Shown: positions 18,322-29,318, numbered from the stretch's first letter. The stretch: DNA of 64,000 nt from an uncultured Anaerolineae bacterium (GCA_937959265.1 CALGMA010000027.1:9474-73473); one strand, 5' to 3'. Notes: generated by a model not told the origin, from the letters alone. Numbers and translations are program-made.

Positions 18322-18489
18322 ATGGCCAGCAAAAAGAAAGGCAATCGGATCGTGATCAAGTTGAAGAGCACCGAGAGCGGCCATTTCTACTTGACCGAGA
18401 AGAATCGCAAGAACGATACGGCCCGCCTCGAGCTTCGCCGCTACGATCCATTCGTTCGCCGGCATGTGCTCTACAAAGAGGAGAAGTGA
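18322..18489 (+). CDS. rpmG: 50S ribosomal protein L33 (Cys-free)
   Basis: Not in ORF track (55 aa): [55 protein letters not shown]; RBS AGGAGG upstream. Confidence 0.95.
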   Translation: MASKKKGNRIVIKLKSTESGHFYLTEKNRKNDTARLELRRYDPFVRRHVLYKEEK

Positions 18490-18554
18490 ACTTCTTCGAT
18501 TCCAACCGGCAGAAAATAAATGCCGCTGCGAACCGAAAAGGCGCGCGCCGGCAC

Positions 18555-18586
18555 ACACCCGAAGCGAATACGCTTCGGGTGTTTTG
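18555..18586 (+). terminator. Rho-independent terminator after rpmG
   Basis: Perfect 12-bp stem ACACCCGAAGCG-AATA-CGCTTCGGGTGT followed by TTTG. Confidence 0.7.
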
Positions 18587-18638
18587 ATATTCGACCGGCG
18601 CACGCCCCGATGCGTGAGCACAGATCAGTCCAACCTGA

Positions 18639-20102
18639 ATGAGACCACGCCAACAGCGCCGATGGTTCAGCTGGCTGATTGCCACTGCCCTCATCCTCAT
18701 CTCGGCCTGCGCACCGGCGAACGCCCCCCCACCTCCTGGCAATCCATCGCCTCCAACCGAGGTCAGCGCGCCGGGCACATCTCCGCCGACATCCACGCCG
18801 GCACCTGTTTCGCCGCTCGCGGCCCTCTTCGCCGTCCCGACCGAGACGCCCGCGCCGCCACAACAAGAGATCGTGATCGAGTCGCCAGCACACGGCGCAA
18901 CTGTGCTCAGCCCATTTACGCTGGCCGGCACCGTCGCACTCACGCCGATGGACAAAACACTACGCTATCGCATAACGAACGCCCTCGGCGATGTGATCGG
19001 AGACAGCACGATTGACGTCGAGGGGTTTCCAGGCGAGGTCGGTGTCTTCAGCGCGACGGTCACCTACACCATGTCACTGGCCGGTCCGGTGCGCATCGAG
19101 GTGATCGCTGCGGACGGCGCCGCCGAGCAAACTGCACAGATCCCCGCGCTGACGGTGAACCTGCCACAAGGTGTGAGCCTCACGATCAACAGCGTGGCAA
19201 CCAAGACGCGCGCCGATATCGTACCGCGCAAGCCAAATGTCCGCTTCCCGATAGATTGGAACGGCTGGCCACGACATCTGCGATTGTCCTTCGACGAGGA
19301 TCAGTTCGCAGAAGCATTCGATCCACGCCAGCGACAAATCCTCATCCTGCCCTTGCAGGATTATCAAACGCTGTTCCGCGGCGCCGAGGCAGAATCGTTC
19401 GCCCAGGCGATCCAGGCATTCCAGGCATTGCTGGCCGAGCAACCGGCGAAGTTAAAACAAGACCCGCTGCTGCTGCCGGCTTCAGACCTCAGCCAGGCAA
19501 TGCGAGCGCAGGTGCGCTATCTGGAATTCGACGGCGGAAATGGCGTGCGCTTCCTCACGCATCTGACACAAGAGATTCGCCCTCTCACTGCGTCGAGCCT
19601 CATCTATACGTTCCAGGGATTGACGCATGATGGCCGCTACTACATTGCCGCATATTTCCCCGTCACCACGACCGCACTACCAGCTACCCCAGCCAAGATC
19701 ACCCAGGCAGAGCGCGACGAGTTCAAACGCGACTACTTAGCGTATGTGGAGGGCATCGCACAAAAGCTGGATGCGCAGCCGGAGAGCTTCACACCCTCGC
19801 TGGTTGCGCTCGACGCGATGATCGCGTCGCTGCAGGTCGGCGATAACGTGCTAGGCACAGGGCCACTGCCGGCGGATGCACCCATCGGACAGGCAATCGA
19901 GCTGCTCAACATCCGCTCCGGGCCGGGCACACGTTTTCGCATCATCGGCCAGCTCGACGCTGGCGAACGGGCTGAGCTGCTCGCACGCGACGCCGGCGCC
20001 GGCTGGCTGCGCATCCGCAGCGAGTCAGGCGTGGTCGGCTGGGTCAGCCGCGACTACGTAGATACAGCGTTCGACATTCGCCAATTGCCCATTCAGCCAT
20101 GA
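18639..20102 (+). CDS. Lipoprotein with Pro-rich linker, Gmad2-like Ig domain and C-terminal SH3b domain
   Basis: Lipobox LISAC; IVIESPAHGATVLSPFTLAG; LNIRSGPGTRFRIIGQL...GWVSRDYV. Confidence 0.8.
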   Translation: MRPRQQRRWFSWLIATALILISACAPANAPPPPGNPSPPTEVSAPGTSPPTSTPAPVSPLAALFAVPTETPAPPQQEIVIESPAHGATVLSPFTLAGTVALTPMDKTLRYRITNALGDVIGDSTIDVEGFPGEVGVFSATVTYTMSLAGPVRIEVIAADGAAEQTAQIPALTVNLPQGVSLTINSVATKTRADIVPRKPNVRFPIDWNGWPRHLRLSFDEDQFAEAFDPRQRQILILPLQDYQTLFRGAEAESFAQAIQAFQALLAEQPAKLKQDPLLLPASDLSQAMRAQVRYLEFDGGNGVRFLTHLTQEIRPLTASSLIYTFQGLTHDGRYYIAAYFPVTTTALPATPAKITQAERDEFKRDYLAYVEGIAQKLDAQPESFTPSLVALDAMIASLQVGDNVLGTGPLPADAPIGQAIELLNIRSGPGTRFRIIGQLDAGERAELLARDAGAGWLRIRSESGVVGWVSRDYVDTAFDIRQLPIQP

Positions 20103-21349
20103 ACCAGCACGAGCCGATCAGAATCCTGCATTTTGCCGACATTCATATCGGCATGGAGAATTACGGGCGCATAGACCCCGAGACCGGCATGAACCAACGC
20201 GTGCTGGACTTCGTGTCGCGGTTGAAGGAAATCGTGGACCGCGCTATCGAACGCGAAGCCGACGTGGTCATTTTCGCAGGCGACGCATTCAAGACGCGCG
20301 ACCCCAATCCCACCTACCAGCGCGCCTTCGCCCGCCAGATCATGCGCCTCTCGCGGGCAAACATCGTCACGCTACTGCTGGTCGGCAATCACGACATGCC
20401 AGTTATTGAGCAGCGCGCCAGCAGCATGGACATCTTTGCCACGCTCGACGTGCCCAACGTGATCGTTGGGCGCGAAGAGAAATTGCACCGCATCGAAACT
20501 GCACGTGGCATTGTGCAAATCGCCACCGTGCCATGGCCGCAGCGCAACCGGCTGCTGAAGTACGAGGAACATCGCAGCATGACCATCGAACAACTCGACC
20601 AGGAGATGGAGCGCGTCCTCGACAACGAGCTACAGCGACTAGCTGGCGAAGTGGACGCCAAACTGCCGGCGATCTTGACCGGCCACTTCACGATCAGCGG
20701 CGCGGTATTCGGCTCGGAGCGCAACGTGATGCTGGGGCGCGACACGATCATCAAGCTCAGCAGCCTGCGCCTGGAGGCATGGGACTACATAGCGATGGGA
20801 CACATTCATAAGCACCAGGATGTGCACCAGGGCAACTATCCAGGCGTGGTGTATTCCGGGAGCCTGGAGCGCATAGACTTCGGTGAGGAGAACGAACCAA
20901 AAGGCTTCTGCTGGATCGAAGCCCGGCGCGGTGATACACAGTGGCGTTTTGAGCCGATGGACAGCGTGCGGCCCTTCGTCTCGATCTACGCAGACGCGAC
21001 GCACGACGGCGACCATCCCACCGATGCAGTGCTGCGCGCGATCGAGCGCCATGAGGTCAAGAACGCAGTGGTGCGTGTACGCGTGAAATTGCTCCAGCAC
21101 CAGGAGGCTGCGCTACGCACGCGCGCCATCGAGGAAGCGCTCGAGGATGCCTATCTCATCGCCGGCATCTCGCGCGACGTGCAACGCGACGCGCGATCAC
21201 GGATCGGTATACAAAATCCGGAGACGCTGTCGCCCGCAATGCTGCTGGAGCGCTACTTCCTGAGCAGGAACACACCGCGCGATCGCACCGACGACCTCAT
21301 GCGCGCCGCGCGCGCGCTGATGGACGCCGACGCGGACCAGGTCAATTGA
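20099..21349 (+). CDS. sbcD: SbcD/Mre11-family nuclease
   Basis: ILHFADIHIG, FAGDAF, VGNHD, YIAMGHIH, YSGSLERIDFGEE. Confidence 0.92.
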   Translation: MNQHEPIRILHFADIHIGMENYGRIDPETGMNQRVLDFVSRLKEIVDRAIEREADVVIFAGDAFKTRDPNPTYQRAFARQIMRLSRANIVTLLLVGNHDMPVIEQRASSMDIFATLDVPNVIVGREEKLHRIETARGIVQIATVPWPQRNRLLKYEEHRSMTIEQLDQEMERVLDNELQRLAGEVDAKLPAILTGHFTISGAVFGSERNVMLGRDTIIKLSSLRLEAWDYIAMGHIHKHQDVHQGNYPGVVYSGSLERIDFGEENEPKGFCWIEARRGDTQWRFEPMDSVRPFVSIYADATHDGDHPTDAVLRAIERHEVKNAVVRVRVKLLQHQEAALRTRAIEEALEDAYLIAGISRDVQRDARSRIGIQNPETLSPAMLLERYFLSRNTPRDRTDDLMRAARALMDADADQVN

Positions 21350-22892
21350 CGACCGGCAGGCGACTCGGGTCAGCCTTTCGCCGCTCGATGTAGTTGCGCA
21401 GTGCCTCCTCAATCGCAGGATCCATCGGCGGCTTTTCATAGTTGGCCAGTAGCGCCTGCCACACACGAAGTGCACGCTGCGCGGCGTCCTGCCGGCCTTG
21501 TTCGTCCCACACACCGATGTTCTGGCGGTCCATCAGCGTACTACGATAGAACTCGGTTTGAAAGCGCTCTAGCGTGTGAGACGTGCCGAAGTGATGGCCG
21601 CCCGGCCCGACTTCACGAATCATGTCGAGTGCCAGCGTAGCTTCGCTGATCTCGACCGGCTCGAACAGCTTCTGCATCATGGCCAGCCCTTCCACATCGA
21701 GCACCAGCTTCTCATAACTGCACACCAGGCCGCCTTCCAACCAGCCAGCGGCATGCATGACGTAGTTGGTGTGCGAGAGGATGACCGGCCACAGGCTCAT
21801 TTGCGTCTCCATCGCCGCCTGAGCGTCCACCACCTTGCTGGTATTCAGACCGCCACTACCGCGATATGGTAGACCATAGCGCCGGGCCAGTTGTGCGCCG
21901 GCGAAGAACGCCCATGCACCTTCCGGCGTGCCGAAGGCGGGTGAACCGGTTGCCATGTCGGTATTCGTGGTGAAGCCCCCGTAGATCACCGGCACACCGG
22001 GATTGACGATCTGTGTAAGGGCGATGCCGGCCAATGCCTCGGCGTTTTGCTGCGCCACGGCTGCCGCCATCGTAATCGGCGACATTGCGCCGGCTAGGAT
22101 GAACGGCGTCATGACAATTGGCTGGCCACCACGCGCATAGGCAATGATGCCTTCTACCATGTTCGTGTCATAGGTAAGCGGCGAGTTCGCATTCACTACA
22201 CTCACCATCACCGGCTGCTTCTCGATCTGGTCACGGCCGCCAAACACGATCGCGGCCATGTTCAGGCAGTCGGTCGCGACGCTGCGGCCATGTGCTGCCT
22301 GCGCCACCGGCTTATCACTGAGGGTGAAGATCGCCCAACCGCGTTCGAGGTAGCGCTGCCATACCGGCACATCCTGCGGCTCGGTCACCTGGCTCTCGAC
22401 CACATGGATGGGCGGGCACATGTGCGCCAGCTTGACCAGCTCGTGCAGCGCCTCTACGCTGCCCGCGCGCCGACCGCGCTCCAAATCACTGACGAACGGC
22501 ATCCCACTGGTGGTGGCAAAGATGGTGAAATTACCCCCCACGGGCAAGTTCTTACTCGGGTCACGCGCGCGCAGGGTGAACTGGCTCGGCGCGCGCTTTA
22601 CCAGATCCATTACCAGCCCCCGATCCATCCGCACGATCTGCGTGCTGCGATCCACAGTTGCACCTACATTCGCCCATAGATCGAGCGCTTCGGTCTCCAT
22701 GAATCGAACACCGATCTCCTCCAAGATGCGCATCGAGGCCTCGTGTATCTGCTCGACCTGCGCTTCGCTCAGCATCTGCACGGGCGGGAGAAAATTGTGC
22801 AACGCCTTGAACGGTAAACTCTCAATAGGCAAGCGCTTGCGCGAACTGCGTCGCGCCGCGCGCCGGTCAGACCGGTCAGATATAGAAGTCAT
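21342..22892 (-). CDS. Trimethylamine methyltransferase (MttB) superfamily protein, pyrrolysine-free
   Basis: IHEASMRILEEIG, NANSPL, GAMSPITMA, GSPAFGTPE, SKVVDAQA, HAAGWLEGGL; no in-frame amber codon. Confidence 0.9.
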   Translation of the reverse strand: MTSISDRSDRRAARRSSRKRLPIESLPFKALHNFLPPVQMLSEAQVEQIHEASMRILEEIGVRFMETEALDLWANVGATVDRSTQIVRMDRGLVMDLVKRAPSQFTLRARDPSKNLPVGGNFTIFATTSGMPFVSDLERGRRAGSVEALHELVKLAHMCPPIHVVESQVTEPQDVPVWQRYLERGWAIFTLSDKPVAQAAHGRSVATDCLNMAAIVFGGRDQIEKQPVMVSVVNANSPLTYDTNMVEGIIAYARGGQPIVMTPFILAGAMSPITMAAAVAQQNAEALAGIALTQIVNPGVPVIYGGFTTNTDMATGSPAFGTPEGAWAFFAGAQLARRYGLPYRGSGGLNTSKVVDAQAAMETQMSLWPVILSHTNYVMHAAGWLEGGLVCSYEKLVLDVEGLAMMQKLFEPVEISEATLALDMIREVGPGGHHFGTSHTLERFQTEFYRSTLMDRQNIGVWDEQGRQDAAQRALRVWQALLANYEKPPMDPAIEEALRNYIERRKADPSRLPVVN

Positions 22893-23781
22893 CAGTCATC
22901 ACCCTAGCACCATGATTGCTGCAGATTGTAGCCATGACGCGCGGGCCGAAGTAGCCGAGATGTCGAACAAGTGCTTGGCGTAGCGCGCGGCTGGCCGGTC
23001 CACCCTCGATCAGTCCGACGAGCCCCAAGCCGACAAGTGCACGACCGGCAAACTTCGCGCCGCCATCAAGCATGCGCGCAATCACATCGCGTTCCTGGTC
23101 GTTCAACTCGGCGGGATGTCCATCGGCAAAGAGCGCCGCCCGGTTGGCAGCATGCAGCGCCGCGAGCGCGTTGGCGAAAGCGTCGAAATCATCCCACTCC
23201 ACAGCATCAAAGAGCGCATCCGCCACACAGGATGCATCGAGGCGCCTGGATGCACGGTGCAACACTGCGCGACGCTGCAACTCGAAATCATGAGGAACGT
23301 CATCCGGCGCCTGCGGCAAGGCCAGCACAAATACCCAATCGTCCGCTTCGTCGGCATGCGCAATCGTAGCGCGCCGGAGCAATTCACCGCGCTCGCCGAC
23401 GAGCAACAGCCCGCCGTGCCGGAAGGCGAGGCGAAACGCGCTGTATGCGATGGGTGGGTCGGACAATCGCAATACGCACCCCAAAGCATGCGCGACGCTC
23501 GCATGCAACATCTCGTCTGCGCCGAGTCCCATGAACGCAGGAATAGCAAGCTCAACTTCGATCCAACTATGGGGCGCCTGGCCGATTCGGGCATAGTAGG
23601 CCTCGGCAGCATGATAGGCGACGTCGGCACGTGCGCCGCTGACGAGCAACTGCTGCGCCGGCTGCACTGTGAGCTGGATCGGCGGATGCTGCAGCGCGAT
23701 GACCAGCTCGCAAGCAGACCCTTCTGGACCGCGCACGAAACCGAGATGTAGACAGCACGGCGAAACAACCTCCACCCGCAT
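22876..23781 (-). CDS. Divergent GHMP-superfamily protein resembling beta-RFAP synthase
   Basis: N-terminal P..LHLGF, IPAFMGLG (cf. IPxHxGLGSGT), C-terminal N.GARV. Confidence 0.6.
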   Translation of the reverse strand: MRVEVVSPCCLHLGFVRGPEGSACELVIALQHPPIQLTVQPAQQLLVSGARADVAYHAAEAYYARIGQAPHSWIEVELAIPAFMGLGADEMLHASVAHALGCVLRLSDPPIAYSAFRLAFRHGGLLLVGERGELLRRATIAHADEADDWVFVLALPQAPDDVPHDFELQRRAVLHRASRRLDASCVADALFDAVEWDDFDAFANALAALHAANRAALFADGHPAELNDQERDVIARMLDGGAKFAGRALVGLGLVGLIEGGPASRALRQALVRHLGYFGPRVMATICSNHGARVMTDDFYI

Positions 23782-23792
23782 AGCACACCTCC

Positions 23793-25085
23793 CTACCCCA
23801 GGAGCACGATCGCCGCGATCAGCGTGAGGGTCGTGATGATCAGGCCGGGCCTGAGATACTCCATGAACGTCAGCTTGATGCCGAACTTGAGCGCTTGTTC
23901 GGCCACAATCAGGTTAGCTACCGAGCCGATCAGCGTGAGGTTGCCGGCCAGCGTGGACGCCGCGGCCAACGTCAGCCAGGCCTGCGTCGGATCAGCAAAC
24001 TGCGGCACGAGCGGGCGAAACAGCAGCACGGCCGGCACATTTGAGATCAGATTGCTCAATAGCGTAGTGACGAGCGCCAGCGGGGCAGTACCCGCGAATG
24101 TCAGCGGCTTGACCAACTCGAACAACTCCGCCGACACACCGGTGACTTCCAGCGCACCGGTGACGACAAACAAGCCACCGAACATCACCAACAAAGGCCA
24201 ATCCACCAGAGCCAGAATGCGCGACGACTCGAACCGCCGGCTGATTAGAATGGTGCACGCAGCGACGAATGCTGCAACGGTGACGTTGACCCCGGTCAGG
24301 AAAGCGACCAACATCAGCGCGATGACGATCAGACTCTTGCGCAGCGTAGAAGCGTAGATCGTCGCCTCGGCTTGAACTAGGGTGATCGGCCCGCCTTCGT
24401 GTTGCGGTGCAACCATCGCCGGCTCGCCGGATACTCGTTCTGCATCCTGCGCGCTGCGGAACTCCTGGGGATACAGCAGCCAGATGACCGCAAACACTAC
24501 AGCCAGGCCAACGGCTGCCACCGGCCCCAGGCGCACCAGCCAATACAGATAGCCGATGCCTGACGACGCGCCGATCAAGATGTTCTGCGGGTTGCCGGTG
24601 ATCGTGGCGACCGAACCGACGTTTGCCGCGCAAGCCAGTGCGATGAGATATGGCATCGGATTGCGCTTCAGCCGCAACACCACGCCACACACCAACGGCG
24701 TCAGCATTACGCAGACTGGGTCGTTGAGAAAGAGCATGGACAACACACCCGACGTGACCACCACCAGGACGAGCAACACCGCCGGCGCATTGGCCCGCTC
24801 GATGACAACCTCGCCCACCCAGGTAAAGAAGCCCGAAAGCTCCAGCACGGCGTTGATGATCATCATGCTCAGCAGCAGAATGAGTGTGCCCAAATCAATC
24901 GTGCGTTCGGCCGCAGGGAGCGTGAGCACGCCGAAGACCAGCACAGCGCCTGCGCCGATCATGGCGATCGTCGCGCGATTGAGCTTCAGGCGAGGGATTT
25001 CGCCTATTGCCAGGGCGACGAACGTGATCAGGGCGATCACAGCGGCGCCGGTAGCAGGAGCGATGTGAAAGGCTGCGAACGGCAT
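23793..25085 (-). CDS. Anion transporter (ArsB/NhaD/CitMHS superfamily)
   Basis: [46 protein letters not shown]. Confidence 0.88.
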   Translation of the reverse strand: MPFAAFHIAPATGAAVIALITFVALAIGEIPRLKLNRATIAMIGAGAVLVFGVLTLPAAERTIDLGTLILLLSMMIINAVLELSGFFTWVGEVVIERANAPAVLLVLVVVTSGVLSMLFLNDPVCVMLTPLVCGVVLRLKRNPMPYLIALACAANVGSVATITGNPQNILIGASSGIGYLYWLVRLGPVAAVGLAVVFAVIWLLYPQEFRSAQDAERVSGEPAMVAPQHEGGPITLVQAEATIYASTLRKSLIVIALMLVAFLTGVNVTVAAFVAACTILISRRFESSRILALVDWPLLVMFGGLFVVTGALEVTGVSAELFELVKPLTFAGTAPLALVTTLLSNLISNVPAVLLFRPLVPQFADPTQAWLTLAAASTLAGNLTLIGSVANLIVAEQALKFGIKLTFMEYLRPGLIITTLTLIAAIVLLG

Positions 25086-25140
25086 GGATCGCGCATTTTA
25101 TGCGATGCGCATTACCACGCATCACCTAAAATCTGCGGCT

Positions 25141-26838
25141 ATGGCCATTCCATCCGACCTCGAAATCGCACAAGCAGCTAAATTACAACCCATCCTCGAT
25201 ATCGCCCACAAGATCGGTCTAAACGAAGACGAGCTCGAACTCTACGGCCGTTACAAAGCCAAGGTGCACCTAAGTGTGCGCGACCGGCTGCGCGACCAAC
25301 CCAACGGCAAATACATCGTCGTCACCGCCATCACCCCCACTCCGCTGGGCGAGGGCAAGACCACGACGACGGTTGGCCTATCACAAGCGCTGCATTACGT
25401 AGGCCGCAGGGTCTTCACGTGCATCCGACAGCCCAGCATGGGGCCGACTTTCGGGATCAAAGGCGGCGCCGCCGGCGGCGGCTATGCGCAGGTTGTGCCA
25501 ATGGAGGACTTTAACCTGCATCTCACCGGCGACATTCACGCTGTGAGCGCAGCGAACAACCTGTTGTGTGCAGCAGTTGACTCGCATCTCTATCACGGCA
25601 ACGCGCTTGGTATTGACACAACGACGATTATGCCGCGGCGCGTCGTGGACATCAACGACCGCGTGCTGCGCAACGTGCGCATCGGCCTGGGCAAGCCGGA
25701 AGACGGCCCCACCCGCGATACCGGCTTCGACATTAGCGTGGCCAGTGAGGTAATGGCCATTCTGGCGCTGACCACGAGTATCGAGGACATGCGCGCACGC
25801 TTCGGCCGCATGGTCGTGGCACTGAATAAGGACGGCGGCATGATCACTGCCGAAGACTTGAAAGTAGCCGGCGCGATGACCGTGTTGATGAAGGATGCGA
25901 TCATGCCCAACCTGATGCAGACGTTGGAAGGCTCGCCGGTGTTCGTACACGCCGGGCCATTCGCCAACATCGCGCACGGCAACAGCAGCATCGTGGCCGA
26001 TCAGATTGCGCTCAAGCTGGCCGACTACGTCGTCACGGAGAGTGGCTTTGGCGCCGACATGGGCATGGAGAAATTTATGGACATCAAGTGCCGCGTAAGT
26101 GGGCTGCAACCGGATTGCGTTGTGATGGTCGCAACCGTGCGCGCGCTGAAGATGCACAGCGGCCTGGGCAAAGTCGTGCTGGGTAAGGCGCTGCCGAGAG
26201 AGTTCACCGAAGAGAACCTCTCGGCGCTTGAGGTCGGCTGCGCCAACCTGGTCAAGCAGATTCAGAACGCGCGGCTGTTCGGCGTGCCGGTCGTCGTTGC
26301 AGTCAACGCCTTCGCAACCGACACGCTGGCGGAACTCGAGCTGATTCGCGAGAAAGCCATCGCTGCCGGCGCGATGGGCGCATATGTCTCGAACGTGTGG
26401 GCCAAGGGCGGGGCCGGCGGCGTTGAGCTGGCCGAGGCAGTGATCGCTGCATGCCAGCAACCTAAAGACTTCCACTTCCTCTACCCCGACGACGCCTCGA
26501 TCAAGGTCAAGATCGAGACCATTGCAACGAAGGTGTATGGCGCGGCCGACGTGACCTACGCACCTGAGGCCGAAGCAAAGATCGAAACCTACACCCGGTT
26601 GGGCTTCAACAAGCTGCCGATCTGTATGGCTAAGACACAGCTATCACTCTCGCACGATCCGGCACTGCTGGGCGCCCCAACCGGCTTCACCCTGCCCGTG
26701 CGCGACGTGCGCGCCTCGGTCGGTGCCGGCTTTCTCTATCCGCTGTGCGGCGACATGCGCACCATGCCCGGCCTGAGCAAACACCCCGCGTTCGAGAAGG
26801 TGGACTTCGTGGATGGGCGGGTCGTAGGGCTATTCTGA
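25141..26838 (+). CDS. fhs: Formate--tetrahydrofolate ligase
   Basis: [47 protein letters not shown]. Confidence 0.97.
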   Translation: MAIPSDLEIAQAAKLQPILDIAHKIGLNEDELELYGRYKAKVHLSVRDRLRDQPNGKYIVVTAITPTPLGEGKTTTTVGLSQALHYVGRRVFTCIRQPSMGPTFGIKGGAAGGGYAQVVPMEDFNLHLTGDIHAVSAANNLLCAAVDSHLYHGNALGIDTTTIMPRRVVDINDRVLRNVRIGLGKPEDGPTRDTGFDISVASEVMAILALTTSIEDMRARFGRMVVALNKDGGMITAEDLKVAGAMTVLMKDAIMPNLMQTLEGSPVFVHAGPFANIAHGNSSIVADQIALKLADYVVTESGFGADMGMEKFMDIKCRVSGLQPDCVVMVATVRALKMHSGLGKVVLGKALPREFTEENLSALEVGCANLVKQIQNARLFGVPVVVAVNAFATDTLAELELIREKAIAAGAMGAYVSNVWAKGGAGGVELAEAVIAACQQPKDFHFLYPDDASIKVKIETIATKVYGAADVTYAPEAEAKIETYTRLGFNKLPICMAKTQLSLSHDPALLGAPTGFTLPVRDVRASVGAGFLYPLCGDMRTMPGLSKHPAFEKVDFVDGRVVGLF

Positions 26839-27852
26839 CGCAGTGGGCACGGCCGTGACGCGGCGCGCTGCAGCCTGCGCCTTCAACGCCAGCTCCGAGG
26901 CTAGGAAGCAATGCGCCTGCGACATGGCCGTTTCACTGCGGTCCAATACGTCGCGCACCAACTGCCGGCCATAGGGCAACTCGACATCGCTGCAATTCAC
27001 ATAGCGCGTGCCTTGACGATCTACTACGAACAGGTGATCGCCGCCGGGGCGTCCCGCCAGGTCCACCGACTTGCGCACTTCGATGTAGCCATCCTCACCC
27101 AGGACCATCAGCCGGCCATCACCCCAGGTATTCAAGCCATCCGGCGTAAACCAATCCACCCGCGCGTAACCGACACCCCCATTGCCGTGCCAGATCACAT
27201 CGCCGAAGTCTTCCAGTTCGGGGAACTGTGGATGGGCAAAGTTGCCGACCTGCGCCGCCACGACCGCAGCCTCGCTCGAGTCGGTAAAGAACAGAAACTG
27301 ATCGGCCTGATGCGAGCCGATGTCGCACAAGATACCGCCGTATTTCTGGCGTTCGAAAAACCATGCCGGCCGCGAAGACAAGTTAGCGCGATGCGGCCCC
27401 AGGCCGATCGTCTGAATCACGCGACCGATCGCACCCGCTCGCACCAGCTTGCCCGCTTTCACCGTCGCCCGGCTTTCGAATCGCTCGCTGTAACACACCG
27501 AGTAGATGCGCTGCGTCTCCGCTTGCACGCGCCGCACTTCGGCCAGTTGGTCGAGCGTGGTGAAGCCCGGTTTGTCGGTCATGAAGTCCTTGCCATGCTG
27601 CATCGCGCGCACCCCCAACGGCGCGCGTTCACAGGGGATACCCGCCGTCACGATCAGGTGAATCCGCGCATCCTCGAGAATCTCCGCTTCACTGCGCGCT
27701 TGCGCCGCTTGCGGAAAGGTCGCCGAGAAAGGCACAACGAGTTCCGGTTCGGGCGCGTAGAACGAGACGAAGTGCGCGCCTGCGCCGAGCAGCGCCTTCA
27801 CCTGACCGTAGATGTGGTTGTGGTTGATGCCGATGACGGCGAAGTTGATCAT
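26830..27852 (-). CDS. Gfo/Idh/MocA oxidoreductase
   Basis: [28 protein letters not shown]. Confidence 0.88.
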   Translation of the reverse strand: MINFAVIGINHNHIYGQVKALLGAGAHFVSFYAPEPELVVPFSATFPQAAQARSEAEILEDARIHLIVTAGIPCERAPLGVRAMQHGKDFMTDKPGFTTLDQLAEVRRVQAETQRIYSVCYSERFESRATVKAGKLVRAGAIGRVIQTIGLGPHRANLSSRPAWFFERQKYGGILCDIGSHQADQFLFFTDSSEAAVVAAQVGNFAHPQFPELEDFGDVIWHGNGGVGYARVDWFTPDGLNTWGDGRLMVLGEDGYIEVRKSVDLAGRPGGDHLFVVDRQGTRYVNCSDVELPYGRQLVRDVLDRSETAMSQAHCFLASELALKAQAAARRVTAVPTASE

Positions 27853-27893
27853 GTTCGGGCTATGGCCACTTTAATTGTGGCGTAAGCAGTCGC

Positions 27894-29318
27894 TCACTTC
27901 ACCACGGCCAGCTCGATGCCCATCAGCCGGGCGACCTTCTCGATCTTGCTGATCTGATGACCGACGCCGAGCGCAACATGGTGGGTAGGTCCATGCATGC
28001 ACCAGACATCCATGAATTCTGCCGGCGGTAGAGCAAAGCGTAGGCGGGAATTGGTGTTGCCGATCTGTAGCGTTTTGCCGGGCAACGATTCACCCTCGGC
28101 AGCGAGGAACTTCAATCGGCCATCAGCGGTCTGCGTTGTGCCTAAAATGGTGATCGGGCCGGTCTTTACCTGAAACTGCACCGACAGCCCATAGCCGCGC
28201 TTGCCGTGGAACAACCCTAGCCCGCGCAGCTTGGGCTTGTGGTCGCCGATGGCGATATGCGCCGGGCCATCGTGCCCCATCAGGATGAACTGCTCGGCGA
28301 AGTCCATGGCGTAGAACTCGGTGTAGCTGCCGCCGGCGTGCAGGCGATCCATGATAAACATGGAGATGCACGTCTTCAAATCGCCCTCACCGCTGCACGG
28401 CACGCCGCGCGCAGTGAGCAGGGAGTTGCCGACGATCAGCGTAGCCCCCAGTTGCTCGAATTCGTTGCCGTTCAAGCCGCGATAGTAATACGTCAGCCCC
28501 TGCAAGTCGAAGTCGTGCACCAGCACATCCAGTCCACACGCTACACGCGCCGACCAATCCAGCGCCTCGGGCGTCACCGGCTTGGTGATGCGGTCGCTGC
28601 CCGGCTCCGCAACCTCGAACACCTCGAGGATCTCGCGCTTTTTGGCCTCGACATGCGCATCTGTCACTGCATCTACGCGGACTTGCAGGTCGTCCATCTC
28701 CAGCACTTCGATGTGCGCGCCGGTCTGCGCCTGCACCATTGTGAAGTCGGAGTACATATCGAGCATGCCAGGATACGTGTGACCGAGGAAGCCGATGCGG
28801 CTGCGGTTGAGCGCGCGCGCGGCCGCCGCAGCGACAATCCAATCGGCAATGATGCCCCATGCACGGTCGTCGTTGCGAAGCTGGCCAGACACCACGTTGA
28901 AGGCAATGCGGCTACGCGCAAAGGCGTTGGAGATTTCGGGGACGCAACAGGCACAGCAATTGGCCAACCATTCGGCGGTGTCGGCAGTGTCATAGTCCAG
29001 CGCAGCGACCGGCTGCAAATTCAGCACCAGCACCGGCCGACCGACGCGCTGCACAGCAGGAAGCACCTGAGACGACGTTGCGTAGGTGCCCACGTAGCAT
29101 ACGATCAGGTCCACATTCTCGCGCGTGAACAGGTCACCCGCAGCCAAGGCAGCCGGCGCAGTGTCTACCAGTCCTGCCGAGACCACCTGCGCACCGAAGC
29201 CGGCCAGCCGCGCTTCCACCTCGCGCTGATAGCCTTCCAGACGCTCCTTCAAGCCTTCGAATTGCGGCCAATACGCTGCCAGGCCGATGCCAAATACGCC
29301 GACTTTTACTTTGTTCAT
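27894..29318 (-). CDS. L-fucose/L-arabinose isomerase family protein
   Basis: YPGMLDMY, CSGEGD, MGHDGP, GPTHH motifs. Confidence 0.85.
   Translation of the reverse strand: MNKVKVGVFGIGLAAYWPQFEGLKERLEGYQREVEARLAGFGAQVVSAGLVDTAPAALAAGDLFTRENVDLIVCYVGTYATSSQVLPAVQRVGRPVLVLNLQPVAALDYDTADTAEWLANCCACCVPEISNAFARSRIAFNVVSGQLRNDDRAWGIIADWIVAAAAARALNRSRIGFLGHTYPGMLDMYSDFTMVQAQTGAHIEVLEMDDLQVRVDAVTDAHVEAKKREILEVFEVAEPGSDRITKPVTPEALDWSARVACGLDVLVHDFDLQGLTYYYRGLNGNEFEQLGATLIVGNSLLTARGVPCSGEGDLKTCISMFIMDRLHAGGSYTEFYAMDFAEQFILMGHDGPAHIAIGDHKPKLRGLGLFHGKRGYGLSVQFQVKTGPITILGTTQTADGRLKFLAAEGESLPGKTLQIGNTNSRLRFALPPAEFMDVWCMHGPTHHVALGVGHQISKIEKVARLMGIELAVVK

Noticed and set aside
18285-18587. 100-aa ORF after rpsR
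   Set aside because: Out-of-frame overlap with the real rpmG at 18322..18489.
21342-22892. Pyrrolysine recoding in MttB
   Set aside because: The ORF is full length with no in-frame TAG, and no pyl genes are present.
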